This document shows positions 48,601-63,600 of a stretch of 64,000 bases of DNA, one piece after another (position 1 is the first letter of the stretch; the number at the start of each line of letters is the position of its first letter). The notes beneath the pieces were generated by a model. That model searched no databases. It worked only from the letters and a program-made list of their open reading frames with translations, and had not been told where the DNA came from. Source of the DNA: Eledone cirrhosa (Eukaryota); NCBI GenBank assembly GCA_964016885.1, contig OZ024755.1, positions 42,656,001 to 42,720,000 on the forward strand, in the 5' to 3' direction. Made by a program: the position numbers and the translations under genes.

Positions 48601-51600
48601 CAGTGGCAAGGAAGCTGTGTTGTATATAGGAAGATGTAGTCAAACATTATGTACTAGAAGAGGGAACAGTAAGCTGGCAGTGGCAAGGAAGCTGTGTTGT
48701 GTACAGGAAGAAGTAGTCAGACACTATGTACTAGCAGAGGGAACAGTAAGCTGGCAGTGGGCAGGAAGCTGTGTTGTGTATAGGAAGAAGTAGTCAGACA
48801 CTATGTACTAGCAGAGGGAACAGTAAGCTGGCAGTGGCAAGGAAGCTGTGTTGTGTATAGGAAGAAGTAGTCAGACATTATGTACTAGCAGAGGGAACAG
48901 TAAGCTGGCAGTGGCCAGGAAGCTGTGTTGCGTATAGGAAGAAGTAGTCAGACATTATGTACTAGCAGAGGGAGCAGTAAGCTGTGTTGTGTATAGGAAG
49001 AAGTAGTCAGACATTATGTACTAGCAGAGGGAGCAGTAAGCTTGCAGTGGCAAGGAAGCTGTGTTGTGTATAGGAAGAAGTAGTCAGACATTATGTACTA
49101 GCAGAGGGAGCAGTAAGCTAGCAGTGGCAAGGAAGCTGTGTTGTGTATAGGAAGAAGTAGTCAGACATTATGTACTAGCAGAGAGAACAGTACGCTGGCA
49201 GTGGCAAGGAAGCTGTGTTGTGTATAAGAAGAAGTAGTCAGACATTATGTACTAGCAGAGGGAACAGTAAGTTGGTAGTTGCCAGGAAGCTGTGTTGTGT
49301 ATAGGAAGAAGTAGTCAGACATTATGTACTAGTAGAGGGAACAGTAAGCTGTGTTGTGTATAGGAAGAAGTAGTGAGACACTATGTACTAGCAGAGGGAG
49401 CAGTAAGCTGGTAGTGGCAAGGAAGCTGTGTTGTGTATAGGAAGAAGTAGTCAGACATTATGTACTAGCACAGGGAACATTAAGCTGGCAGTGGCAAGGA
49501 AGCTGTGTTGTGTATAGGGAGAAGTAGTCAGTCACTATGTACTAGCAGAGGGAACAGTAAATTGGCAATGGCAAGGAAGCTGTGTTGTGTATAGGAAGAA
49601 GTAGTCAGACATTATGTACTAGCAGAGGGAGCAGTAACCTGGCAGTGGTAAGGAAGCTGTGTTGTGTATAGGAAGAAGTAGTCAGTCACTATGTACTAGC
49701 AGAGGGAGCAGTAACCTGGCAGTGGCAAGGAAGCTGTGTTGTGTATAGGAAGGAGTAGTCAGACATTATGCACTAGCAGATGGAACATTAAGCTGACAGT
49801 GGTAAGGAAGCTGTGTTGTGTATAGGAAGAAGTAGTCAGTCACTATGTACTAGCAGAGGGAACAGTAAGTTGGCAATGGCAACGAAGCTGTGTTGTGTAT
49901 AGGAAGAAGTAGTCATACATTATGTACTAGCACAAGGAACATTAATCTGGCAGTGGCCAGGAGGCTGTGTTGTGTATAGGAAGAAGTAGTCAGTCACTAT
50001 GTCCTAGCAGAGGGAACAGTAAGCTGGCAGTGGCAAGGAAGCTGTGTTGTGTATAGGAAGAAATAGTCAGACATTATGTACTAGTAGAGGGAACAGTAAG
50101 CTGTGTTGTGTATAGGAAGAAGTAGTCAGACACTATGTACTAGCAGAGGGAACAGTAAGCTGGCAGTGGCAAGGAAGCTGTGTTGTGTATAGGAAGAAGT
50201 AGTCAGACATTATGTACTAATAGAGGGAACAGTAAGCTGGCAGTGGCCAGGAAGCTGTGTTGTGTTTAGGAAGAAGTAGTCAGACACTATGTACTAGCAG
50301 AGCGACCAGTAATCTGGCAGTGGCAAGGAAGCTGTGTTGGGTATAGGAAGAAGTAGTCAGACATTATGTACTAATAGAGGGAACAGTAAGCTGGCATTGG
50401 CCAGGAAGCTGTGTTGTATATAGGAAGAAGTAGTCAGACATTATGTACTAATAGAGGGAACAGTAAGCTGGCAGTGGCCAGGAAGCTGTGTTGTGTATAG
50501 GAAGAAGTAGTCAGACATTATGTACTAGCAGAGGGAACAGTAAGCTGTGTTGTGTATAGGAAGAAGTAGTGAGACACTATGTACTAGCAGAGGGAACAGT
50601 AAGTTGGCAGTGGCAAGGAAGCTGTGTTGTGTATAGGAAGAAGTAGTCAGACACTATGTACTAACAGCGGGAATAGTAAGCCGGCAGTGGCAAGGAAGCT
50701 GTGTTGTGTATAGGAAGAAGTAGTCAGACACTATGTACTAACAGATGGAAGAGTAAGCTAGCAGTGGCAAGGAAGCTGTGTTGTGTATAGGAAGAAGTAG
50801 TCAGTCACTATGTACTAGTATAGGGAGCAGTAAACTGGTAGTGGCCAGGAAGCTGTGTTGTGTATAGGAAGAAGTAGTCAGACATTATGTACTAGCAGAG
50901 GGAACAGTAAGCTGGCAGTGGCAAGGAAGCTGTGTTGTGTATAGGAAGAAGTAGTCAGACACTATGTACTAGCAGAGGGAACAGTAAGCTGGCAGTGGCA
51001 AGGAAGCTGTGTTGTGTATAGGAAGAAGTAGTCAGACACTATGTACTAGTAGAGGGAACAGTAAGCTGGCAGTGGCAAGGAAGCTGTGTTGTGTATAGGA
51101 AGAAGTAGTCAGACACTATGTACTAGCAGAGGGAACAGTAAGCTGGCAGTGGCAAGGAAGCTGTGTTGTGTATAGGTGGAAAGTAGTCAGACACTATGTA
51201 CTAGCAGAGGGAACAGTAAGCTGGCAGTGGCCAGGAAGCTGTGTTATGTATAGGAAGAAGTAGTCAGACATTATGTACTAGCAGAGGCAACAGTCAGCTG
51301 GCAGTGGCAAGGAAGCTGTGTTGTGTATAGGAAGAAGTAGTCAGACGTTATGTACTAGCAGAGGGAGTAGTAAGCTGGCAGTGGCAAGGAAGCTGTGTTG
51401 TGTAGAGGAAGAAGTAGTCAGACATTATGTACTAGTAGAGGGAGCAGTAAGGTGGCAGTGGCAAGGAAGCTGTATTGTGTATAGGAAGAAGTAGTCAGAC
51501 ATTATGTACTAGCAGAGGGAGCAGTAACCTGGCAGTGGCAAGGTAGCTGTGTTGTGTATAGGAAGGAGTAGTCAGACATTATGTACTAGCAGAGGGAACA

Positions 51601-54600
51601 GTAAGCTGGCAGTGGCAAGGAAGCTGTGTTGTGTATAGGAAGAAGTAGTCAGAGATTATGTACTAGCAGAGGGAACAGTAAGCTGGCAGTGGCAAGGAAG
51701 CTGTGTTGTATATAGGAAGAAGTAGTCAGACACTATGTACTAGCAGAGGGAACAGTAAGTTGGTAGTGGCCAGGAAGCTGTGTTGTGTATAGGAAGAAGT
51801 AGTCGGACATTATGTAATAGCAGAGGGAACAGTAAGCTGGCAGTGACAAGGAAGCTGTGTTGTGTATAGGAAGAAGTAGTCAGACACTATGTACTAACAG
51901 AGGGAACAGTAAGCTGGCAGTGGCAAGGAAGCTGTGTTGTGTATAGGAAGAAGTAGTCAGACATTATGTACTAGTAGAGGGAGCAGTAAGCTGGCAGTGG
52001 CAAGGAAGCTGTGTTGTGTATAGGAATAAGTAGTCAAACGCTATGTACTAGCAGAGGGAGCAGTAAGCTGGCAGTGGCAAGGAAGCTGTGTTGTGTATAG
52101 GAAGAAGTAGCCAGACACTATGTACTAGCAGAGGGAGCAGTAAGCTGGCAGTGGCAAGGAAGCTGTGTTGTGTATAGGAAGAAGTAGTCAGACATTATGT
52201 ACTAGTAGAGGGAACAGTAAGCTGGCAGTGACAAGGAAGCTGTGTTGTGTATAGGAAGAAGTAGTCGGACATTATGTACTAGCAGAGGGAACAGTAAGTT
52301 GGTAGTTGCCAGGAAGCTGTGTTGTGTATAGGAAGAAGTAGTCAGACATTATGTACTAGTAGAGGGAACAGTAAGCTGTGTTGTGTATAGGAAGAAGTAG
52401 TGAGACACTATGTACTAGCAGAGGGAGCAGTAAGCTGGTAGTGGCAAGGAAGCTGTGTTGTGTATAGGAAGAAGTAGTCAGACATTATGTACTAGCACAG
52501 GGAACATTAAGCTGGCAGTGGCAAGGAAGCTGTGTTGTGTATAGGGAGAAGTAGTCAGTCACTATGTACTAGCAGAGGGAACAGTAAATTGGCAATGGCA
52601 AGGAAGCTGTGTTGTGTATAGGAAGAAGTAGTCAGACATTATGTACTAGCAGAGGGAGCAGTAACCTGGCAGTGGTAAGGAAGCTGTGTTGTGTATAGGA
52701 AGAAGTAGTCAGTCACTATGTACTAGCAGAGGGAGCAGTAACCTGGCAGTGGCAAGGAAGCTGTGTTGTGTATAGGAAGGAGTAGTCAGACATTATGCAC
52801 TAGCAGATGGAACATTAAGCTGACAGTGGTAAGGAAGCTGTGTTGTGTATAGGAAGAAGTAGTCAGTCACTATGTACTAGCAGAGGGAACAGTAAGTTGG
52901 CAATGGCAACGAAGCTGTGTTGTGTATAGGAAGAAGTAGTCATACATTATGTACTAGCACAAGGAACATTAATCTGGCAGTGGCCAGGAGGCTGTGTTGT
53001 GTATAGGAAGAAGTAGTCAGTCACTATGTACTAGCAGAGGGAACAGTAAGCTGGCAGTGGCAAGGAAGCTGTGTTGTGTATAGGAAGAAATAGTCAGACA
53101 TTATGTACTAGTAGAGGGAACAGTAAGCTGTGTTGTGTATAGGAAGAAGTAGTCAGACACTATGTACTAGCAGAGGGAACAGTAAGCTGGCAGTGGCAAG
53201 GAAGCTGTGTTGTGTATAGGAAGAAGTAGTCAGACATTATGTACTAATAGAGGGAACAGTAAGCTGGCAGTGGCCAGGAAGCTGTGTTGTGTTTAGGAAG
53301 AAGTAGTCAGACACTATGTACTAGCAGAGCGACCAGTAATCTGGCAGTGGCAAGGAAGCTGTGTTGGGTATAGGAAGAAGTAGTCAGACATTATGTACTA
53401 ATAGAGGGAACAGTAAGCTGGCATTGGCCAGGAAGCTGTGTTGTATATAGGAAGAAGTAGTCAGACATTATGTACTAATAGAGGGAACAGTAAGCTGGCA
53501 GTGGCCAGGAAGCTGTGTTGTGTATAGGAAGAAGTAGTCAGACATTATGTACTAGCAGAGGGAACAGTAAGCTGTGTTGTGTATAGGAAGAAGTAGTGAG
53601 ACACTATGTACTAGCAGAGGGAACAGTAAGTTGGCAGTGGCAAGGAAGCTGTGTTGTGTATAGGAAGAAGTAGTCAGACACTATGTACTAACAGCGGGAA
53701 TAGTAAGCCGGCAGTGGCAAGGAAGCTGTGTTGTGTATAGGAAGAAGTAGTCAGACACTATGTACTAACAGATGGAAGAGTGAGCTAGCAGTGGCAAGGA
53801 AGCTGTGTTGTGTATAGGAAGAAGTAGTCAGTCACTATGTACTAGTATAGGGAGCAGTAAACTGGTAGTGGCCAGGAAGCTGTGTTGTGTATAGGAAGAA
53901 GTAGTCAGACATTATGTACTAGCAGAGGGAACAGTAAGCTGGCAGTGGCAAGGAAGCTGTGTTGTGTATAGGAAGAAGTAGTCAGACACTATGTACTAGC
54001 AGAGGGAACAGTAAGCTGGCAGTGGCAAGGAAGCTGTGTTGTGTATAGGAAGAAGTAGTCAGTCACTATGTACTAGCAGAGGGAACAGTAAGTTGGCAGT
54101 GGCAAGGAAGCTGTGTTCTATATAGGAAGATGTAGTCAGACATTATGTACTAGAAGAGGGAACAGTAAGCTGGCAGTGGCAAGGAAGCTGTGTTGTGTAC
54201 AGGAAGAAGTAGTCAGACACTATGTACTAGCAGAGGGAACAGTAAGCTGGCAGTGGCCAGGAAGCTGTGTTGTGTATAGGAAGAAGTAGTCAGACACTAT
54301 GTACTAGCAGAGGGAACAGTAAGCTGGCAGTGGCAAGGAAGCTGTGTTGTGTATAGGAAGAAGTAGTCAGACATTATGTACTAGCAGAGGGAACAGTAAG
54401 CTGGCAGTGGCCAGGAAGCTGTGTTGCGTATAGGAAGAAGTAGTCAGACATTATGTACTAGCAGAGGGAGCAGTAAGCTGTGTTGTGTATAGGAAGAAGT
54501 AGTCAGACATTATGTACTAGCAGAGGGAGCAGTAAGCTTGAAGTGGCAAGGAAGCTGTGTTGTGTATAGGAAGAAGTAGTCAGACATTATGTACTAGCAG

Positions 54601-57600
54601 AGGGAGCAGTAAGCTAGCAGTGGCAAGGAAGCTGTGTTGTGTATAGGAAGAAGTAGTCAGGCATTACGTACTAGCAGAGAGAACAGTACGCTGGCAGTGG
54701 CAAGGAAGCTGTGTTGTGTATAAGAAGAAGTAGTCAGACACTATGTACAAGTAGAGGGAGGAGTAAGCTGGCAGTGGCAAGGAAGCTGTGTTGTGTATAG
54801 GAAGAAGTAGTCAGACATTATGTACTAGCAGAGGGAGCAGTAAGCTGGCAGTGGCAAGGAAGCTGTGTGGTGTATAAGAAGAAGTAGTCAGACACTATGT
54901 ACAAGTAGAGGGAGGAGTAAGCTGGCAGTGGCAAGGAAGCTGTGTTGTGTATAAGAAGAAGTAGTCAGACACTATGTACAAGTAGAGGGAGGAGTAAGCT
55001 GGCAGTGGCAAGGAAGCTGTGTTGTGTATAGGAAGAAGTAGTCAGACATTATGTACTAGCAGAGGGAGCAGTAAGCTGGCAGTGGCAAGGAAGCTGTGTG
55101 GTGTATAGGAAGAAGTAATCAGACATTATGTACTAGTAGAGGGAGCAGTAAGCTGGCAGTGGCAAGGAAGCTGTGTTGTATATAGGAAGAAGTAGTCAGA
55201 CATTATGTACTAGTAGAGGGAACAGTAAACTGGTAGTGGCAAGGAAGCTGTGTTGTGTATAGGAAGAAGTAGTCAGACATTATGTACTAGCAGAGGGAAC
55301 AGTAAGCTGGCAGTGGCAAGGAAGCTGTGTTGTGTATAGGAAGAAGTAGTCAGACACTATGTACTAGTAGAGGGAGCAGAAAGCTGGCAGTGGCAAGGAA
55401 GCTGTGTTGTATATAGGAAGAAGTAGTCAAACATTATGTACTAGTAGAGGGAACTGTAAACTGGTAGTGGCAAGGAAGCTGTGTTGTGTATAGGAAGAAG
55501 TAGTCAGACACTATGTACTAGCAGAGGGAACAGTAAGCTGGCAGTGGCAAGGAAGCTGTGTTGTGTATAGGAAGAAGTAGTCAGACACTATTTACTAGTA
55601 GAGGGAACAGTAAGCTGGCAGTGGCAAGGAAGCTGTGTTGTGTATAGGAAGAAGTAGTCAGACACTATGTACTAGCAGAGGGAACAGTAAGCTGGCAGTG
55701 GCCAGGAAGCTGTTTTATGTATAGGAAGAAGTAGTCAGACATTATGTACTAGCAGAGGCAACAGTCAGCTGGCAGTGGCAAGGAAGCTGTGTTGTGTATA
55801 GGAAGAAGTAGTCAGACATTATGTACTAACAGAGGGAGCAGTAAGCTGGCAGTGGCAAGGAAGCTGTGTTGTGTAGAGGAAGAAGTAGTCAGACATTATG
55901 TACTAGTAGAGGGAGCAGTAAGGTGGCAGTGGCAAGGAAGCTGTATTGTGTATAGGAAGAAGTAGTCAGACATTATGTACTTGTAGAGGGAGCAGTAACC
56001 TGGCAGTGGCAAGGAAGCTGTGTTGTATATAAGAAGAAGTAGTCAGACACTATGTACTAATAGAGGGAACAGTAAGCTGGCAGTGGCCAGGAAGCTGTGT
56101 TGTGTATAGGAAGAAGTAGTCAGACATTATGTACTAATAGAGGGAACAGTAAGCTGGCAGTGGCCAGGAAGCTGTGTTGTGTATAGGAAGAAGTAGTCAG
56201 AGATTATGTACTAGCAGAGGGAACAGTAAACTGGCAGTGGCAAGGAAGCTGTGTTGTGTATAGGAAGAAATAGTCAGACATTATGTACTAGTAGAGGGAA
56301 CAGTAAGCTGTGTTGTGTATAGGAAGAAGTAGTCAGACACTATGTACTAGCAGAGGGAACAGTAAGCTGGCAGTGGCAAGGAAGCTGTGTTGTATATAGG
56401 AAGAAGTAGTCAGACATTATGTACTAGCAGAGGCAACAGTAAGCTGGCAGTGGCCAGGAAGCTGTGTTGTATATAGGAAGAAGTAGTCAGACATTATGTA
56501 CTAATAGAGGGAACAGTAAGCTGGCAGTGGCCAGGAAGCTGTGTTGTATATAGGAAGAAGTAGTCAGACATTATGTACTAGCAGAGGGAACAGTAAGGTG
56601 GCAGTGGCAAGGAAGCTGTGTTGTGTATAGGAAGAAGTAGTCAGACATTATGTACTAGCAGAGGGAACAGTAAGCTGTGTTGTGTATAGGAAGAAGTAGT
56701 GAGACACTATGTACTAGCAGAGGGAACAGTAAGTTGGTAGTGGCCAGGAAGCTGTGTTGTGTATAGGAAGAAGTAGTCGGACATTATGTAATAGCAGAGG
56801 GAACAGTAAGCTGGTAGTGACAAGGAAGCTGTTTTATGTATAGGAAGAAGTAGTCAGACATTATGTACTAGCAGAGGCAACAGTCAGCTGGCAGTGGCAA
56901 GGAAGCTGTGTTGTGTATAGGAAGAAATAGTCAGACACTATGTACTAGCAGAGGGAACAGTAAGCTGGCAGTGGCAAGGAAGCTGTGTTGTGTATAGGAA
57001 GAAGTAGTCAGACACTATGTACTAGCAGAGGGAGCAGTAAGCTGGCCGTGGCAAGGAAGCTGTGTTGTGTATAGGAATAAGTAGTCAGACGCTATGTACT
57101 AGCAGAGGGAGTAGTAAGCTGGCAGTGGCATGGAAGCTGTGTTGTGTATAGGAAGAAGTAGCCAGACACTATGTACTAGCAGAGGGAGCAGTAAGCTGGC
57201 AGTGGCAAGGAAGCTGTGTTGTGTATAGGAAGAAGTAGTCAGACATTATGTACTAGCAGAGGGAACAGTAAGTTGGCAATGGCAAGGAAGCTGTGTTGTG
57301 TATAGGAAGAAGTAGTCAGACATTATGTACTAGCAGAGGGAGCAGTAACCTGGCAGTGGCAAGGAAGCTGTGTTGTGTATAGGAAGAAGTAGTCAGTCAC
57401 TATGTACTAGCAGAGGGAGCAGTAACCTGGCAGTGGCAAGGAAGCTGTGTTGTGTATAGGAAGGAGTAGTCAGACATGATGTACTAGCAGAAGGAACAGT
57501 AAGCTGGCAGTGGCCAGGAAGCTGTGTTGTGTATAGGAAGAAGTAGTCAGACATTATGTACTAATAGAGGGAACAGTAAGCTGGCAGTGGCCAGGAAGCT

Positions 57601-60600
57601 GTGTTGTGTATAGGAAGAAGTAGTCAGAGATTATGTACTAGCAGAGGGAACAGTAAACTGGCAGTGGCAAGGAAGCTGTGTTGTGTATAGGAAGAAATAG
57701 TCAGACATTATGTACTAGTAGAGGGAACAGTAAGCTGTGTTGTGTATAGGAAGAAGTAGTCAGACACTATGTACTAGCAGAGGGAACAGTAAGCTGGCAG
57801 TGGCAAGGAAGCTGTGTTGTATATAGGAAGAAGTAGTCAGACATTATGTACTAGCAGAGGCAACAGTAAGCTGGCAGTGGCCAGGAAGCTGTGTTGTATA
57901 TAGGAAGAAGTAGTCAGACATTATGTACTAGCAGAGGGAACAGTAAGCTGTGTTGTGTATAGGAAGAAGTAGTGAGACACTATGTACTAGCAGAGGGAAC
58001 AGTAAGTTGGCAGTGGCAAGGAAGCTGTGTTGTGTATAGGAAGAACTAGTCAGACACTATGTACTAACAGAGGGAACAGTAAGCCGGCAGTGGCAAGGAA
58101 GCTGTGTTGTGTATAGGAAGAAGTAGTCAGACACTATGTACTAACAGATGGAAGAGTAAGCTAGCAGGTTCAAGGAAGCTGTGTTGTGTATAGGAAGAAG
58201 TAGTCAGTCACTATGTACTAGTAGAGGGAGCAGTAAACTGGTAGTGGCCAGGAAGCTGTGTTGTGTATAGGAAGAAGTAGTCAGACATTATGTACTAGCA
58301 GAGGGAACAGTAAGCTGGCAGTGGCAAGGAAGCTGTGTTGTGTATAGGAAGAAGTAGTCAGACACTATGTACTAGCAAAGGGAACAGTAAGCTGGCAGTG
58401 GCAAGGAAGCTGTGTTGTGTATAGGAAGAAGTAGTCAGACACTATGTACTAACAGATGGAAGAGTAAGCTAGCAGTGGCAAGGAAGCTGTGTTGTGTATA
58501 GGAAGAAGTAGTCAGTCACTATGTACTAGCAGAGGGAACAGTAAGTTGGCAGTGGCAAGGAAGCTGTGTTGTATATAGGAAGATGTAGTCAAACATTATG
58601 TACTAGAAGAGGGAACAGTAAGCTGGCAGTGGCAAGGAAGCTGTGTTGTGTACAGGAAGAAGTAGTCAGACACTATGTACTAGCAGAGGGAACAGTAAGC
58701 TGGCAGTGGGCAGGAAGCTGTGTTGTGTATAGGAAGAAGTAGTCAGACACTATGTACTAGCAGAGGGAACAGTAAGCTGGCAGTGGCAAGGAAGCTGTGT
58801 TGTGTATAGGAAGAAGTAGTCAGACATTATGTACTAGCAGAGGGAACAGTAAGCTGGCAGTGGCCAGGAAGCTGTGTTGCGTATAGGAAGAAGTAGTCAG
58901 ACATTATGTACTAGCAGAGGGAGCAGTAAGCTGTGTTGTGTATAGGAAGAAGTAGTCAGACATTATGTACTAGCAGAAGGAGCAGTAAGCTTGCAGTGGC
59001 AAGGAAGCTGTGTTGTGTATAGGAAGAAGTAGTCAGACATTATGTACTAGCAGAGGGAGCAGTAAGCTAGCAGTGGCAAGGAAGCTGTGTTGTGTATAGG
59101 AAGAAGTAGTCAGACATTATGTACTAGCAGAGAGAACAGTACGCTGGCAGTGGCAAGGAAGCTGTGTTGTGTATAAGAAGAAGTAGTCAGACATTATGTA
59201 CTAGCAGAGGGAGCAGTAAGCTGGCCGTGGCAAGGAAGCTGTGTTGTGTATAGGGAGAAGTAGTCAGTCACTATGTACTAGCAGAGGGAACAGTAAGTTG
59301 GTAGTTGCCAGGAAGCTGTGTTGTGTATAGGAAGAAGTAGTCAGACATTATGTACTAGTAGAGGGAACAGTAAGCTGTGTTGTGTATAGGAAGAAGTAGT
59401 GAGACACTATGTACTAGCAGAGGGAGCAGTAAGCTGGTAGTGGCAAGGAAGCTGTGTTGTGTATAGGAAGAAGTAGTCAGACATTATGTACTAGCACAGG
59501 GAACATTAAGCTGGCAGTGGCAAGGAAGCTGTGTTGTGTATAGGGAGAAGTAGTCAGTCACTATGTACTAGCAGAGGGAACAGTAAATTGGCAATGGCAA
59601 GGAAGCTGTGTTGTGTATAGGAAGAAGTAGTCAGACATTATGTACTAGCAGAGGGAGCAGTAACCTGGCAGTGGTAAGGAAGCTGTGTTGTGTATAGGAA
59701 GAAGTAGTCAGTCACTATGTACTAGCAGAGGGAGCAGTAACCTGGCAGTGGCAAGGAAGCTGTGTTGTGTATAGGAAGGAGTAGTCAGACATTATGCACT
59801 AGCAGATGGAACATTAAGCTGACAGTGGTAAGGAAGCTGTGTTGTGTATAGGAAGAAGTAGTCAGTCACTATGTACTAGCAGAGGGAACAGTAAGTTGGC
59901 AATGGCAACGAAGCTGTGTTGTGTATAGGAAGAAGTAGTCATACATTATGTACTAGCACAAGGAACATTAATCTGGCAGTGGCCAGGAGGCTGTGTTGTG
60001 TATAGGAAGAAGTAGTCAGTCACTATGTACTAGCAGAGGGAACAGTAAGCTGGCAGTGGCAAGGAAGCTGTGTTGTGTATAGGAAGAAATAGTCAGACAT
60101 TATGTACTAGTAGAGGGAACAGTAAGCTGTGTTGTGTATAGGAAGAAGTAGTCAGACACTATGTACTAGCAGAGGGAACAGTAAGCTGGCAGTGGCAAGG
60201 AAGCTGTGTTGTGTATAGGTGGAAAGTAGTCAGACACTATGTACTAGCAGAGGGAACAGTAAGCTGGCAGTGGCCAGGAAGCTGTGTTATGTATAGGAAG
60301 AAGTAGTCAGACATTATGTACTAGCAGAGGGAGCAGTAAGGTGGCAGTGGCAAGGAAGCTGTGTTGTGTAGAGGAAGAAGTAGTCAGACATTATGTACTA
60401 GTAGAGGGAGCAGTAACCTGGCAGTGGCAAGGAAGCTGTGTTGTGTATAGGAAGGAGTAGTCAGACATTATGTACTAGCAGAGGGAGTAGTAAGCTGGCA
60501 GTGGCAAGGAAGCTGTGTTGTGTAGAGGAAGAAGTAGTCAGACATTATGTACTAGTAGAGGGAGCAGTAAGGTGGCAGTGGCCAGAAAGCTGTGTTGTGT

Positions 60601-63600
60601 ATAGGAAGAAGTAGTCAGACACTATGTAATAGTAGAGGGAGCAGTAAGCTGGCAGTGGCAAGGTAGCTGTGTTGTGTATAGGAAGAAGTAGTCAGAGATT
60701 ATGTACTAGCAGAGGGAACAGTAAGCTGGCAGTGGCAAGGAAGCTGTGTTGTATATAGGAAGAAGTAGTCAGACACTATGTACTAGCAGAGGGAACAGTA
60801 AGTTGGTAGTGGCCAGGAAGCTGTGTTGTGTATAGGAAGAAGTAGTCGGACATTATGTAATAGCAGAGGGAACAGTAAGCTGGCAGTGACAAGGAAGCTG
60901 TGTTGTGTATAGGAAGAAGTAGTCAGACACTATGTACTAACAGAGGGAACAGTAAGCTGGCAGTGGCAAGGAAGCTGTGTTGTGTATAGGAAGAAGTAGT
61001 CAGACATTATGTACTAGTAGAGGGAGCAGTAAGCTGGCAGTGGCAAGGAAGCTGTGTTGTGTATAGGAAGAAGTAGTCAGACATTATGTACTAGTAGAGG
61101 GAACAGTAAGCTGGCAGTGACAAGGAAGCTGTGTTGTGTATAGGAAGAAGTAGTCGGACATTATGTACTAGCAGAGGGAACAGTAAGTTGGTAGTTGCCA
61201 GGAAGCTGTGTTGTGTATAGGAAGAAGTAGTCAGACATTATGTACTAGTAGAGGGAACAGTCAGCTGTGTTGTGTATAGGAAGAAGTAGTGAGACACTAT
61301 GTACTAGCAGAGGAAGCAGTAAGCTGGTAGTGGCAAGGAAGCTGTGTTGTGTATAGGAAGAAGTAGTCAGACATTATGTACTAGCACAGGGAACATTAAG
61401 CTGGCAGTGGCAAGGAAGCTGTGTTGTGTATAGGGAGAAGTAGTCAGTCACTATGTACTAGCAGAGGGAACAGTAAATTGGCAATGGCAAGGAAGCTGTG
61501 TTGTGTATAGGAAGAAGTAGTCAGACATTATGTACTAGCAGAGGGAGCAGTAACCTGGCAGTGGTAAGGAAGCTGTGTTGTGTATAGGAAGAAGTAGTCA
61601 GTCACTATGTACTAGCAGAGGGAGCAGTAACCTGGCAGTGGCAAGGAAGCTGTGTTGTGTATAGGAAGAAGTAGTCAGTCACTATGTACTAGCAGAGGGA
61701 ACAGTAAGTTGGCAATGGCAACGAAGCTGTGTTGTGTATAGGAAGAAGTAGTCATACATTATGTACTAGCACAAGGAACATTAATCTGGCAGTGGCCAGG
61801 AGGCTGTGTTGTGTATAGGAAGAAGTAGTCAGTCACTATGTACTAGCAGAGGGAACAGTAAGCTGGCAGTGGCAAGGAAGCTGTGTTGTGTATAGGAAGA
61901 AATAGTCAGACATTATGTACTAGTAGAGGGAACAGTAAGCTGTGTTGTGTATAGGAAGAAGTAGTCAGACACTATGTACTAGCAGAGGGAACAGTAAGCT
62001 GGCAGTGGCAAGGAAGCTGTGTTGTGTATAGGAAGAAGTAGTCAGACATTATGTACTAATAGAGGGAACAGTAAGCTGGCAGTGGCCAGGAAGCTGTGTT
62101 GTGTTTAGGAAGAAGTAGTCAGACACTATGTACTAGCAGAGCGACCAGTAATCTGGCAGTGGCAAGGAAGCTGTGTTGGGTATAGGAAGAAGTAGTCAGA
62201 CATTATGTACTAATAGAGGGAACAGTAAGCTGGCATTGGCCAGGAAGCTGTGTTGTATATAGGAAGAAGTAGTCAGACATTATGTACTAATAGAGGGAAC
62301 AGTAAGCTGGCAGTGGCCAGGAAGCTGTGTTTTGTATAGGAAGAAGTAGTCAGACATTATGTACTAGCAGAGGGAACAGTAAGCTGTGTTGTGTATAGGA
62401 AGAAGTAGTGAGACACTATGTACTAGCAGAGGGAACAGTAAGTTGGCAGTGGCAAGGAAGCTGTGTTGTGTATAGGAAGAAGTAGTCAGACACTATGTAC
62501 TAACAGCGGGAATAGTAAGCCGGCAGTGGCAAGGAAGCTGTGTTGTGTATAGGAAGAAGTAGTCAGACACTATGTACTAACAGATGGAAGAGTAAGCTAG
62601 CAGTGGCAAGGAAGCTGTGTTGTGTATAGGAAGAAGTAGTCAGTCACTATGTACTAGTATAGGGAGCAGTAAACTGGTAGTGGCCAGGAAGCTGTGTTGT
62701 GTATAGGAAGAAGTAGTCAGACATTATGTACTAGCAGAGGGAACAGTAAGCTGGCAGTGGCAAGGAAGCTGTGTTGTGTATAGGAAGAAGTAGTCAGACA
62801 CTATGTACTAGCAGAGGGAGCAGTAAGGTGGCAGTGGCAAGGAAGCTGTGTTGTGTAGAGGAAGAAGTAGTCAGACATTATGTACTAGTAGAGGGAGCAG
62901 TAACCTGGCAGTGGCAAGGAAGCTGTGTTGTGTATAGGAAGGAGTAGTCAGACATTATGTACTAGCAGAGGGAGTAGTAAGCTGGCAGTGGCAAGGAAGC
63001 TGTGTTGTGTAGAGGAAGAAGTAGTCAGACATTATGTACTAGTAGAGGGAGCAGTAAGGTGGCAGTGGCCAGAAAGCTGTGTTGTGTATAGGAAGAAGTA
63101 GTCAGACACTATGTAATAGTAGAGGGAGCAGTAAGCTGGCAGTGGCAAGGTAGCTGTGTTGTGTATAGGAAGAAGTAGTCAGAGATTATGTACTAGCAGA
63201 GGGAACAGTAAGCTGGCAGTGGCAAGGAAGCTGTGTTGTATATAGGAAGAAGTAGTCAGACACTATGTACTAGCAGAGGGAACAGTAAGTTGGTAGTGGC
63301 CAGGAAGCTGTGTTGTGTATAGGAAGAAGTAGTCGGACATTATGTAATAGCAGAGGGAACAGTAAGCTGGCAGTGACAAGGAAGCTGTGTTGTGTATAGG
63401 AAGAAGTAGTCAGACACTATGTACTAACAGAGGGAACAGTAAGCTGGCAGTGGCAAGGAAGCTGTGTTGTGTATAGGAAGAAGTAGTCAGACATTATGTA
63501 CTAGTAGAGGGAGCAGTAAGCTGGCAGTGGCAAGGAAGCTGTGTTGTGTATAGGAAGAAGTAGTCAGACATTATGTACTAGTAGAGGGAACAGTAAGCTG